The notes under the pieces were generated by a model that did no database searches, was not told where the DNA came from, and saw only the letters and a program-made list of their open reading frames with translations. DNA of 64,000 bases, from positions 682,001-746,000 of the forward strand of contig OZ374560.1 of assembly GCA_977862235.1 (NCBI GenBank), written 5' to 3'. Of the stretch, positions 31,082 to 44,000 are shown piece after piece (the stretch's first letter is position 1; each line of letters begins with the position of its first letter). The position numbers were made by a program, and so were the translations under genes. Source of the DNA: Dudresnaya verticillata. Lineage: Eukaryota.

Positions 31082-31150
31082 AAGCGCTTTGTTCTTCGAA
31101 GAGCACTACTGAGCGACGCGCGTGGTACTGCGGGCACCGCCCACCACAAC

Positions 31151-34100
31151 ATGGCAGGCGCTACTATTTCGTCGATTACGGCGCCGCAACTCAAGTCAGT
31201 GATGTGAGAGGAGCTTCTCGCGTTCAAGATAAAGTACCGCGCCTACAAGGGCAAGGTCGACGAGTTCAACCGCTCTCGGACACCGGCGCAACGCATACCG
31301 CGGGCAGGCCTCAAGTCGTGCATTGATCCCGAGCTACTCACATCGATGATCCTGTGCCAGGCTTTCCCCGGCGTCACTTCTACCGCAACGCTCACCGACG
31401 AGCAAGTGAACACATGACTGGAGGCGCGTTGCCGTGTCTCACACAAAGACATCGATAACCAGGTGTCCAACGCACTGGACCGGGTCAAGTTCAAGCCGAA
31501 GAGCTCCGACCCCCAAGGTGCCGCACTGCAGTTCTTCACCTCAGTGACAACCGAGCTGCAGAGGAACCGAGCGGCACAGGTCATCACCGAGGCACCGAAA
31601 GCCCTCATCCAACAGTTCGTCCCGAAGTTGGAGCCGCGACTCCTGCGCGACAAGGTCAAGTCGAGCATGAAGTACTGGAAGGAAGAAGACAAGAGAAGCT
31701 TCCACCACTTCCTTGAACAGGTCACTGCGACGTACGTCGACATCGCTACGTACGCAGAAAAAGAAAGCCCTCCGAGCAACAACGGAGGCCGGGGCAAAGA
31801 CAGCAACCCGAAGAAGGCTCGAAAAGACAAGAGCGAGCACGGCAACAACAATGACAAAAGCCGAGAAAAGAACCCTAGCACCTCCAAGGATGCAGAAAGC
31901 AGCGACGCTTCGAAGAGGAAGAAGAAACGCAAAAACACCGAGTGGTCAGAGCCGTGCCTGAACAAGGCCTGCCACAAGCATCATCGAGTCATGGACTGCG
32001 ACATGACCAGCCCAGACGAGAAGAAAAGGCTGCTGGATGCGTTCTACGATGCGAAGAAGAAGGCTAAGGTAGCCGCCATCTAAAGGGGTGCACTTGGAGA
32101 TGGACGCTGGAAGGCTTTGTTGCACGAGTCAGTCGAAGTTATTGCCCTAGGCGACTACGGTGCAGACAAGTCTGCTCTCCCTAAACGGATCGTGAAGCTG
32201 CTCCAGCAGGCTGGCAAGGCTGTGGAGGTTGTGACGTTCGACACACCAATCAACTTATCTCCCGCAGTCGAGCTGAAGCAAGGTACAATCACCGCGTCTG
32301 CGAAGGCTCTTTTCAACATCACTGTCTGCTTGCCATGTGGGCCGCTCCGACTGCGAAAAGTGGAGTTCCTGATCATCGAACAAGACATGGATGAGGTCCT
32401 GCTAGGACGTCCGCTTCTCAAGTGCCTAGGCTTCAACTTAGAGTCACACTTGCAGAAGGTACGAGACAAGTACGACGAAGCGGACATCCGCGATCTCATG
32501 AGCCGCACTGAAGACGACTTCGAGGCCTCCAGTAACTCAGCCAAGACCGCAGCGTTCGCCCCATACACCGGCCTGTGGTACGACCAGGCTGAGGAAGATC
32601 CGATCGAACTGCCGCCCTCTGCAGGGGCCAACATCGGAACAGACAAGGAAGAAGACATCCAGGAAGCATTTAGAAGTATGCTGACGTCTGCGAAGGACAA
32701 CGGGATGTCAGCAGAAGGGCTAGCAACAGCTAAACGGATGCTCGACGAGTACAGGGACATCTTCCGGATTAACCTGGGGGCAGACCCACCGGCCAAGGTG
32801 GAGCCGCTCAGGATCAAGCTCAAGCCTAACCACCGACCTGTCAGAGCCAAGCAGCGAAGGTACACACCCAAACAGCACGCCTTCATCTCTACAGCCGTTC
32901 GTGAGCTCAAATCCGTGGGGGCCATTCGTAGCAACTCCCAAGCAAGATGGGCAAGCCCTGCCCTCGCGGTTCCAAAGCCAGGGTCCGACAAGCTCCGCTT
33001 CACAGTAGACCTACGGGCACCCAACCGGGAAACGATCCCAATCGTATCATCTATGCCTGACCTCGACCATATGATACAGACAACTGCAGGCAGAAAGTGC
33101 TTCGCAAAGCTGGACATGTGCCATGCGTACTGGCAGATCCCGCTTCACGAAGAGTCACAAGAATGCATGTCTATCCAGACACCGCTCGGGGTGCACACTC
33201 CCGTTCGCCTCTTACAAGGGCAGACGGACGCCGGGAACCATTTCCAGTGCGTGACATCTCACATCTTTGTCGAGTGCATCAAGAAGATCATTCAGTCGTT
33301 GGACGACTTCCTGCTCCACGCCAAACACGAGAAGGAGCTACTGGAAGCCCTGCTGTTGTTCTTCAAGCAGTGTCGCAAGTACAACCTCAAGCTGCATGCC
33401 AAGAAGTGCGAACTCTTCGTGAAGGAAGCAAGCTTCTGTGGGCGTGTAATAGATGAGACAGGTGTTCGCTATAGCCCACGGGAACTAGACACCATCCTGG
33501 GTATGCGAAAGCCAGAATTCGCTTCGGACCTCCAACAGTTCTTGTGCGCTACGAATTGGATGCGCAAGAGTATCCCCGAGTACTCTAAGACAATCGCACC
33601 GCTTCACGACCTGATGGAGATTTGCTACGGCAAGGCAAAGAAGCGAACCAAGAAAGCAGTGAAGAACATATCACTGTCTGGACTATGGGGGGCTACACAC
33701 AACTCTGCCTTCAGTCAGATTCAATCTCACATAGTCCAGTCAATCAAGCTCGCACATCCTAAGTCAAGCCATAGGCTTTGCCTCTTCACCGACGCCTCCG
33801 AGACCCATTGGGCGTCTGTACTAACGCAGATACCACAGCAACAGATGGATTTGGACGTCGAGGAGCAGGATCACGAGCCCTTAGCCTTCCTATCTGGATC
33901 CTTTACAGGCGCTGCAGCCAACTGGAGTATAGTAGAGAAGGAAGCATTCTCGGTCGTAGAATCTATGACAAGACTCGACCACTTCACAGCGGCAGGTGAG
34001 ATCTCCTTGTTCATGGACCATGCCAACCTGGTGTACATCTTCGACCCGTACGGACGGAACCCAGGTATGAGCCGGCACACAGCGAACAAGCTCATGCGAT

Positions 34101-35760
34101 GGGCGCTCAAGCTGAGCGCCTATCGATACGTCATCGAGCACCTCCCTGGCGAGCAAAACGTATGGGCGGACATACTAACGCGCTGGACCGTCAAGCCCAG
34201 AGACAGAGTGAAGTCGGTCAAGCTAGCCAGCCTGTTCTACGCCCCAATTACTCCCGAGACTAACGAAGAGTATGACTGGCCAACTCGTAACGACTTCGCT
34301 AAGGCTCAGAAGTAAACAACAGAACAACCGCCGCATGGTTTCAGCGAGAAAGATGGAATCATCCAAGACAACGGAGGTGTCTTCTGGCTTCCCGTAGACA
34401 GCGGTCTGCTGCGCTTGCGTGTGCTCATCGCAGCACACACCGGACGAGGAGGACACCGCGGTATCGCACCGACTAAGGCAATCGTGCGCGAACACTTCCG
34501 CAGGACGTCAATGGCTAAGGACGTGGAGGCATTCGTGAAAACGTGCCTGCATTGCCTCTGCACCGCGTCAGGAAGGACAATCCCGAGACCCATGGGGCAC
34601 AGTCTACATGCCGACGGTCGTAACAAGATCTTGCACTTCGACTTCTGCTACATTGGCAAGAGCGACAAGGCGTTTCTGTACGTGCTGATCCTGAAGGACG
34701 ACTTTAGTTCCTTCGTTTGGCTTTTCCCTTTCGAGGCCGCAGACGCCTCGTCGACAGTGGACGCCCTGATGGAATGGTTCTCCTCATTCGGGGTCGTCCT
34801 ACAGTGGGTATCCGACCGGGGACCCCATTTCAAGAACGAAGTCGTAGCAGGACTCAGCGAGAAGCTGCGAGGCTCTCACCACTTCACACTCCCATACTGT
34901 CCATGGACTAATGGTACAATAGAGGTGGTTTGTCGGGAACTTATGCGCGCGTTCTTAGAGCCCTCACGTCTGAGTTCCAGATACCTTTCAAGTCGTGGCC
35001 GTCCGTGCTGCCACTTGTGCAGGCAGTCCTAAACAACACGCCTCTGGCCCGCCTTGGAGGCAGATGCCCGCTCACGGCATTCACTGGCCTGCCAGCGGAT
35101 ACACCCTTAAGAGCAATCAAGACAGAAGTAAGGGGAGAGATCCAAATGCTGGACATAGAAGAGATACGAATTAAGCAAGTCATTACGATTGAGGAGTTGG
35201 TGCGCGGCCTGGATCACATGCATCGAGAAGTGACCGAGCGATCTACAAAGGCTCGTGAAGCGCGCGTAGACAAGCACAATGCTCGCACGCGAGTGCGTAG
35301 GTGCAACTTCGACATCGGAGACTTTGTACTAAGAAGCAGCACCGAGAAGACATTTACTAGGAAGCTCTCGTTCCGCTGGCGAGGACCATACAGGGTTACG
35401 AAGGTTCTTTCGGATTTCCTCTTCCAAGTAGAAGACCTGAAGTCTACGAAGAAATCTACCGTCCATGGCACGCGTCTCAAGTTCTTCCGCAACAAAGACT
35501 TGGACGTCACGACCGAGGTCCTGGAGCAGATTGCTTTTCAAGACGGCGAGTACTGTGTTGTAGACAAGATCCTGGACATAAGGATCCACGAGGGAGAAAC
35601 CCAGCTCCTCGTCGAATGGAAAGGTTTCACCGACGAGGGGCCGGCCTGGGAGGCATTTCCCATCATGCAAGAAGACGTCCCTGCCTTGGTTACAGATTTC
35701 CTGGCAGACATCAAAGACAACGGCACGGCTAGGCAGAAGCGAATCGCCAAGCACTGCTAG
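31151..35760 (+). pseudogene. gag-pol: gag-pol of A with in-frame stops and one frameshift
   Basis: One frame from ATG 31151 with stops at ~31205, ~31415, 32081 and 34313, and a frameshift near 34950. Protease LGDYGAD, RT QSLDD, RNase H FTDAS, integrase H..H..CLHC and SDRG, GPY motif, chromodomain (VDKILD..LLVEWKG..WE). Confidence 0.93.
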
Positions 35761-35811
35761 ATTTATCATCCTACAACCAGCTCAGTGTATACATCACTGG
35801 CTGTGGGGGGC

Positions 35812-36193
35812 TGTTATCCCGCGGTGGCACACAGCGGGCACTGTAGTTGACGCAGACAACGTTAGATGGCAGCCAGATCATCTGGTATGATAGCAAACCC
35901 ATCAGTCAAGATAGGACGCATGATTTGGCGCAATTATGCGACAATAATCGCGGGAAGCTGTTTGCACGCCAGCACGGCGTGGACGAGGGCCGACGGCGGG
36001 TTCGAGCGGCTCCCGCCTTGACAGAAGGCCTACATAAACCTGCTCCACTCCAGTCGAGGAGTGGGGGCAACCAGCACGGTGCCCACCAGACTTGCCAGCG
36101 CCCGAGCGCCTCTTCCCAGATCCCTACAGTGCCAACCGGGCTCCGGTCGCCACAGGGCACGCACGCGATCGCCGCGCCGCACAGTACCCATCA
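35812..36193 (+). repeat. 3' LTR of A
   Basis: Direct repeat of 30700-31081. Confidence 0.97.
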
Positions 36194-36989
36194 GGTTCTA
36201 CGGAGTGTAGCCCCGCTCAAGGTTTCAGCTTTCCTACGTGCAAGAGAGCGGTATGTGGACGAAGTTCAGGAGAAGAGCAAAGAAGTGTCTGGAATGAGTG
36301 TTGCATCCTTTAAAGTCTCCGTAGACCGCAATCTACTCAAGACAATGCATAAATTGGGTCGTATGAGCGATACTGCTAATGACACTCCATTCGACGAACT
36401 AACGTCTGAGCAGATTGAGGCGTGGGTTAGGAGTAATGTGGGGAAAGCAAACTCCAAGGACGTCAACCCCACTGTTATCAATGACGCTCTGCGGGGAATG
36501 AAAGTGCCTATGAAAATCTCGGACCCGGAAACGCGCATGTTAGGGTATGTTCATGATATTTTTGAGAGATTGGACGGAGTTGGCTACTCCTCTTTCAAGG
36601 AACGCAATCCCCAAAAACGATTAAACCGATTCAGGAGCATCTTTATCGCGCTCACCTAAAAGCTGCCATGTAGGAACACATGGAGTTCCAGGCCGGCCTA
36701 AAACAGAAGGTGAACGAATATCTTGCTCTCCTTTATTCGGGAGAATTTGTAATTCAGGAGAAAATAAGGCCCGCACGCGGTGCTTCAGATAAGGACAAAA
36801 ATACATCTAAGGGTGACACGTCCTCAACGAAAGGAAGCGGTGGTGGTTCCCATAAAGGCCGGAATCGCTCGGGAGGCAATAATAACACCTAAGACTTCAA
36901 TAATGTGGTATAGACGCTATGCGCGAAACGACTCCGTGCTCTACGTGAAAATAAGCGAGAAATACGAATTTCGAAGTGACTCCGTGAAT

Positions 36990-37185
36990 TCGCACACCAC
37001 GATGGCAAACGTATTACAGTGCGCATATTGTGCGTGCGCCACGATGGCATTCGCAGTACAGCACGCACGTGATACGAAATCGCTGACACCTCTGGACGAA
37101 TCTCGAGCTGACTTCGTGATCGCGCGCGCCACGATGGCATTCGCATTACAGTGCGCCCCCGATACGAAATCGCTAACACCTTCGT
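36990..37185. repeat. Internal repeats of solo LTR G
   Basis: Three copies of ccacgatggca..cg.a.tacag; two of them extend to gatacgaaatcgct.acacct. Confidence 0.75.
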
Positions 37186-37272
37186 GACTTTCCCGTTGTT
37201 TCCCGCGCGTAACGGCACCGGGGCCCACGAGACACGCGCACCTCCGTATGCATCGTTAGCGCACTTCGTAAC

Positions 37273-37896
37273 TGTGGAATAATGAGGGCCCGAGCGCTGT
37301 AAGCACACACGTGTACAGGCGACGCCTGTAAGGCGTGAGGCGCCCGAGGGCACGATGGTTGAGATGGCTGATTATCATTGGTTGATTAATCCTGGTCACC
37401 CATATTTTTGGCATGGCGCGCCAGACAGCAGCGCGCCTGTACCTCGTAGTGGTACTACCACTCATTCCTATCATTGGATTGTAATCCACCATTTAGTGTA
37501 CAGTATTAGGTAACTGTCAGTATTATAACTCTAACTTAGAGTGGGTAGCATTTCCGGCTTCCCGCCGTATTTATTGGGCCCCTGAGTAGCAGGGGCCCCG
37601 CACTAAACCGGCAGCGGTGTGTACTTTGGGCTGTACCCATTTTCTGGTCTTCCTACGGTGCCACCGTGTTTCCCTTGCCTTGGGCGTCTACAAGCCCTAT
37701 CGTGTACGACGATTGCTCTACGCTGTAGGGTTCGCCTTCCCTTTTCGTTGTTTCTGGGTATTACACCCACGACAAGTCTCTACCACCCCCTTTTTCCCTT
37801 TTCCTTTGAGCTACCGCCCACCGTGAGTGTGTGTCCCCAGGACAGCTGTCGCGCCGTTTTATCGCCGACTACCTGGCCAAGGGCCATTCTACTACA
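37273..37896 (+). repeat. 5' LTR of B
   Basis: Direct repeat of 49927-50550 (offset 12654). Confidence 0.97.
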
Positions 37897-37897
37897 G

Positions 37898-37915
37898 TGG
37901 TCTCCCGACCTAGAA
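37898..37915 (+). promoter_or_regulatory. Primer binding site, probably tRNA-Tyr
   Basis: TGGTCTCCCGACCTAGAA. Its complement ends ...CGGGAGA-CCA, giving the C1-G72 pair and A73 typical of eukaryotic tRNA-Tyr. An identical 18-mer is at 63169. Confidence 0.75.
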
Positions 37916-38328
37916 CAAGTTCTCAGGGTCGGACCCTTTTCTACCTTGCCATCGACAGGCCGAATCGAGAAGTCAAGACAGGACGGAGTGTCCGTTGATT
38001 TTCAAGGTTCCAACCTCTCGAAGGGCAAAACCCTAGTCGTCTTACTGTCGACGGTTTCTACGCTTCACGTTAAGCTCCAGAGTAGCGTCAAATCTGTGAG
38101 CAAGCACAAGTTCGTTTTACGGTTTTATCCGTTTTTACAAGTACCCTCTCACGGCGGAGTGACGCCCGCAGTGAGACTACCTCAACAGGTTTTCCGTGCA
38201 TCCTGAGAAAACACGAGTATAATACGGTTCCTACCGTCGAGGAGCCTGGGAAGAAGTCCCCGCTACCACATCGGCTGAACCGAGAAGAACGTCATCAGAC
38301 CGACGATACAGGTCCTGTTGAAGTCAAG

Positions 38329-41044
38329 ATGCCTACATCTAATGGCGATACAACGCGCCCCGGCTTATCTAGCCGAGGCGCCAGTCGTACAGGCAGCCTT
38401 GCCTCTGTAAGAACGGTAGGCTCCCGCACCCGTGCGGTCGTAACCGCTCTTGCAAACAATCCGGCAACGGAGGGGCTGGGACCCCCGCCCCAAACGACCG
38501 GCGTCCCAGCCGAAGAAGAACCACCTGGCCCTGGTAGGGATCAGGTCCCTGGCGGAGAAAATACGGTCCGAGCCGTTGGAGAAGCCCCCGCTGACATCGG
38601 GGAGAACGAAGGTCCAGGCCGTAGAATGATGCCGCCGCCCCTGGCGTTAGCCAGTGTTCAAGCTATGGGCGGACGAGCCCAGGAAGAAGAAACTCCGGCA
38701 ACTCCGGACGAAGGGTTGCCAATTCGAACGAAGTATCATTCGTCTGAAATCCGCTGCTTCACGGAGCGTGAGATTGGACGAATGGTCGAATTAGGCATCG
38801 AGAGATCCTTGACGACGAGCGTCGTGGCACTGTTGGAAAGCCAAGCCGATGATACCTTTCTCAAGGTCAAGAGGTACATTGACGAGGCATCCGCGCGCCG
38901 TGATGATCGCCTCCTGGCGAGGTGTCAGCAAGAGATTTAAGCTCGAGGTCGACCAGGTCCTCTCAGAGGATTAGACGAAGAAAGGGTCGGAACCCTGCAG
39001 GCGCAAGTGGATTCCCTCGGGGACCAACTGGATACCGTCCACGAGGAACTACACGCACTCAACAAGGTTACCGACTTAACAAGGACAGAAACCGTAAGGG
39101 CTATACCAGACGTTCAACGGAACGTGGACGACACAAGGTGTGTCGAACAAGATCGAGCCATCGAGCTCTTACGCAAAGATCTCGATGGAGAGAGACGGAA
39201 GGTCGCGTTGCTAGAAGCAAAGATGAGGCGACTTAATCGTGAAAGGGACTTAATCCCTGAAGTCGAACGACGACGCTCCCCTGTGCCTCGAGGCACCAGG
39301 GACCGTCGCAAGACGTCTCCGCGACGTGATTCGGGAGGGGAGTCTGGAAATGACGACTTTGGTTGGGAGAGGACGGAACACCCTCGGTGTGATTGCCGGG
39401 CGACGCACGGTTCCAACGTGTGCCGCAACCCGCTTGACTCACGTCAAGACCGGTACTCAAGCCGCAAGGCTGAGGATCAACGCCGAAGCAATTCCTACCC
39501 CGCTCCGAACCACTCGGATGAAGATGAACCCACCTCGCGAGGTCTTTCCCGACCGTCATGGAGCTCTTGGAGAGGCCCACGTCGGACGGGACTCAAGGAG
39601 TTGACTCCACGAAACCCTGCCTTTGTACAGGTTCTTTCGTACCGACGCTATCGGTTGTTGAATGTCGATTCATATCGAGGACCGGAAGTAACGGAAGCCA
39701 CTTCCAAGAAGATTAAACGGGTTAAATCCGTGATGAGGAGTCGCCGCTTTGATGGGAGTGACCCAGTTTCCATAATTGGCTTTCTGGCCACGTTGAAACG
39801 ACAGTTGGATCAAGCCCAAGTCAGTGAAGGCGCTGCCATTCTGGTTATCCCAGAGTTCTTGGAAAAAGACGCTAAGGGCATGTTCGAAGCCAATTTCGAT
39901 GCCGCAGGTGACGACAATGGGGGTTTCAATGAGTGGCCGGAAGCCATTAATTACCTCCTGCGTACTTACGCAAAGGACGTCTACATCGAGAAGATTTCTT
40001 CGGAGATGGTCACGATGATTCAGGAGTCTGATGAGGAGGAGGTTACGTTTTCAAGACGTTTGCAGAACAAAGCGCGAAAGGTCGCAGGTGTTTACTCAGA
40101 GCAAGACCTGATCACACGTTTTATACGAGGGTTACTACCTGCGGTCAAACCGCTTTTGAGTACGTCATCACTGGACCCTCGCACGGCGCGACTGGCAGAC
40201 TACGTTGAGCTCGCAACGGCTCAGGGAGATTCCCACCGAGCCCTTGTGGGTGGTGGACGCTCCAAGAAGGTGAGCTCAACGCTACCCCGGAAAACCCTCT
40301 CCAGGGTGAAGACGCACAAGTCTGGACGAGCTCTTCTCATTCGCCAGAATAAGAAGCAGATGTCCTCGGATTCCGATTCATCAAAGAGCAGTTGCTCTGA
40401 CGCGGATAGCGAGGACGCTGTGGTGGCCGCCATCGACAACGAAGCGCCTCCATCCACGGTAACCCAATCAGACTCATGGTCTGGGGCACCCAGTGACCAA
40501 CCATACTATGGTGAAGTGGAAGCGGTTCTACAGAACTACAACCACCGATTGCCTGGATGGGCACAACCAACAAGGACTCAGCGTCCTGGGTGGGTAACAG
40601 TCGAAGATGCACCCAATGACATTTGTTTCGAGTGCTATGGCGTGGGCCACAAGAAACCGAATTGCCCATATCAGGCTCGCACGGATGAACCGTCATTTGA
40701 GGCGCTAAAACGCCGACAGTTTTATCACCTGTCGCGCGAGCAGAAAACATGGTTAGCCACCATAGGGCGCCTACCCGAGTTCGCGAACGGAGATACCCGT
40801 GGGGACCACCGCGACTACGCATCGTCAGGACGGGGCCGGTGGGCCGCCGCCAGGCACGCCTCAAAATTTGGGGTCAACCCCAGGCAGGAACGGACATGTC
40901 CAATTTCAAGCGGGACTTAATCACCCGGTTGACACTCCCAGACAACCACCGTCGGCGCCACGCTCGCCAAGACCAGGGTCACGAACCCTTCCGCCGCCTC
41001 CACCGCTTCCGCGGTCGCCTGCTAGCAGGGCGAAAACTAGCTAG
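38329..41044 (+). CDS. gag: Gag of B (interrupted near 38940 and 40800)
   Basis: Coiled-coil region, capsid-like FDGSDP..FL motif, CCHC knuckle CFECYGVGHKKPNC, Pro-rich tail, and GAAAACTAG at 41032-41040. Confidence 0.85.
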
Positions 41045-44000
41045 GGGGGAACCGGTTTCGGTTCACTGGGCAACCCCAGTCGTATCGGAACCCCCCGATC
41101 GTTCAGAGGAATGTGACTTCTTAAGCTTCTCCTCTACCAACCGATCGGTGTCGCGGGAAACCCCGCCTTCTCTTCCAAAGAAGATTTTAGAACGCCCTGT
41201 GGGCCTACCTCCCGGGTATAAGTATCATGAGTATGTTAAGGACCCCGTTTGCTCTCTTTCGAGATACAAATATAAAGTTTTCGCGTCCGTGGGGACTTCT
41301 GTTGAGAAACTTACTCAAGTGCTCTCAGTCTTGGACACTGGGGCGGGCCCAAACCTCATCCGAGCCGACGTGCTCTCTTTGGAAGAACGGAAGAAGATAT
41401 CTTCGACCCGATCGATCGTGAATTTGACATCCGCGTCAAGTCACCGCTTAACAACTATGGGAATGATCTCCCTGGCCGTCAGAATTGGCTCCTACACGGT
41501 ACGACAGCCGTTCGTCGTAGTCAAGGCATTAGCCGTTGATATGCTCTTAGGCTGTACCTTTATCGATACCCATGTCGAGGCGTTGCGTGTACGCAAACAA
41601 ACCATCGCGCTACGGGACGGCTCGGTACACCCGATTCTACGACGTCGGTGCGGTATCCCGAGAGCCACGAGCTCTGGCGAGCCCATGGAGGTCCCTCCCC
41701 TACCTAACTCGCGACTCGTGAGAGTTGCCCAAACAACTAACTTACTACCAGGTTCAGAAACCTGGGTCGCCGTCACGTGCACGGCCAAAGGAACGCACTT
41801 CCTAGATTCGTTCCAACGTCTATACGACCGTCAACAAGTGATCATCACGAATGGCATCGTCAAACTCCAAGAGAATGTTCTCTTCCGGGTCAAGGTTGCC
41901 AACTTTTCTTCCCGCACACAGCGGTTGAACAAACACCAAGTGATTGGTCGCGCCGTTCCAGCTCCCACGACCACGCCTGTATATTCGGTTTCCATCGACG
42001 ACGTCTCCGAGGATACAGTCTCACAACAAAAGGACACGAATCCTCAAACGGAGACATCCTTCGATGTAGGGGGGCAGGGCTGGCTGCTGTTCTTGGCGTG
42101 ACCAATTCCAAACCGGGCGTTACAACCGCCGCTGAGAAGCTAACAGTCGATGACTTAGCCCTGCAACACCTCTCTACGTCTGAAAGACGTCTCGTGCGCA
42201 AGATGTTGCGACCCTTCGCAGATATGTGGAACGGGAAGCTCGGGACCATAAAGGTCACGGAGCATCAAATCGATCTCACTGACGGGGCAAAACCCGTATT
42301 TGCACAACCATATCGGTCTGGACCAAAGGCGCGACAAGCAGAGCAAGATGAAGTCGACAAGATGTTGAAGGAAGGGGTCATAGAGCCAGCGCGCTCTGAG
42401 TTCGCAAGTCCAGTGGTACTAGTGAAGAAGCCAGACGGATCCCTCCGTTTCTGTGTTGATTACAGAAAGCTTAACGCGATAACCATCAAGGATTCTTACC
42501 CTCTCCCGCGAATGGACGAGTGCCTAGATTCGTTGGGCGACGCCCAATATTTTACAACCCTTGATTGCAATTCAGGGTACTGGCAGATACCAGTTGCGGC
42601 GGAGGATAAGCCAAAGACCGCTTTTACCTGTCATGCAGGTTGCTTTCAGTTCTACCGAATGCCATTCGGTCTGTGCAACGCACCAGCAACGTTTCAACGA
42701 ACAGTTGACATTTTATTATCGGGATTCCAATGGAAGTCTTGTCTCGTCTACTTGGACGACATCATAGTCTTCTCTAAGAGTGTCACCGAACACTTAGGTC
42801 ACGTTCAAGAGATCCTCTCTGTTTTGAAGGAAGCGGGTGTGTCGCTCAAGTTGAAGAAGTGTAATTTCTTCACAAGAAGTGTGGACTACCTCGGACACGT
42901 GATCCGACCTGGTCTCCTGGAGGTAGCTACCAAGAATACACAAGCCATCGAAGGCTTCAAGGAACCTACGACGCAAACGCAACTACGGTCGTTCATTGGG
43001 CTATGCAACGTCTATAGACGTTTTGTACCGAACTTTGCACGCGTAGCGTCTCCGCTTAATAGGCTCCTACAGAAGGACGTTGGTTTCGAATTACCTCCAT
43101 TCGATGAACGGCAACGCGAAGCTTTCGCTTTACTGAAGAAAGCCCTCATCGCACCACCAATACTCCGACTTCCTAAGGAAGACAGACCCCTCTCGGTCGA
43201 TACCGACGCGTGTGACTACCAAATAGGGTGCGCCCTAATGCAAATGGAACCCGACGGGACTCGAAACCCTATTGGCTTTTGGAGTCGGGGCCTAACACCA
43301 GCAGAACGGAATTACTCCGTCGGCGAGAAGGAATGCCTCGCTGTAGTCTGGGCTACACAAATGCTCAGACCATATTTGGAAAGGTCTCATTTCGACCTAT
43401 ACACCGACCATCAGGCTCTCAAATGGATGATGAGCATGACGGACGCGTCCGGACGTCTAGCGCGATGGCGCTTGCGTCTCTTAGAGTATGACTTCACGGT
43501 TCAATACCGTAAGGGAAAGAAAAATCAGATTGCTGACGCTGTCTCACGTTTACCTACCTATGGGTTTACTAAGTGGGAACCGGATCTCGAGATCCCCTGC
43601 TTCATAATCGCTGATAGCAATGGGGAAGATCCCCCTGACCCTTCGGCGAAGGAAACATCGCGAGCCAACACCAGGTCGCGACCTTTGGAAGAATGGGAAA
43701 TGGAACCCGAAGACAATTCGTTCGAGTCGGGTCTCGAGGACGAGCAATTGATAGCCAACGTGGCTGAGAAGGAAATGGACGAGAATAGTCTTTCACTCCT
43801 CACAATAGAGGAACTTCTTCGCGCCCAACGAACAGACGAATTCTGTAAAGGTATCCGATTAGCCATCGAAGCGGGAAAACCGGGATGTTATCTGGAAGAC
43901 GAACGCGGACTCCTTGTCCGAAGGTCTTACATTGACCGAGCTTTACAGGTAGTCATACCTAGAGTTCTTCAGGAGAGAGCCCTTCATCTTGCACACTACC

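Larger units (their letters stand above)
30700..36193 (+). mobile_element. Complete Ty3/Gypsy chromodomain retrotransposon A (5494 bp)
   Basis: Two 382-bp TG...CA LTRs, TSD GGTTC (30695-30699 and 36194-36198), G-rich PPT before 35812, order gag-PR-RT-RH-IN-chromodomain. Confidence 0.97.

Noticed and set aside
35847..36659. 270-aa ORF (also 52152-53363 and 51047-51571) as genuine chimeric genes
   Set aside because: Chance read-through across LTR/element C junctions.
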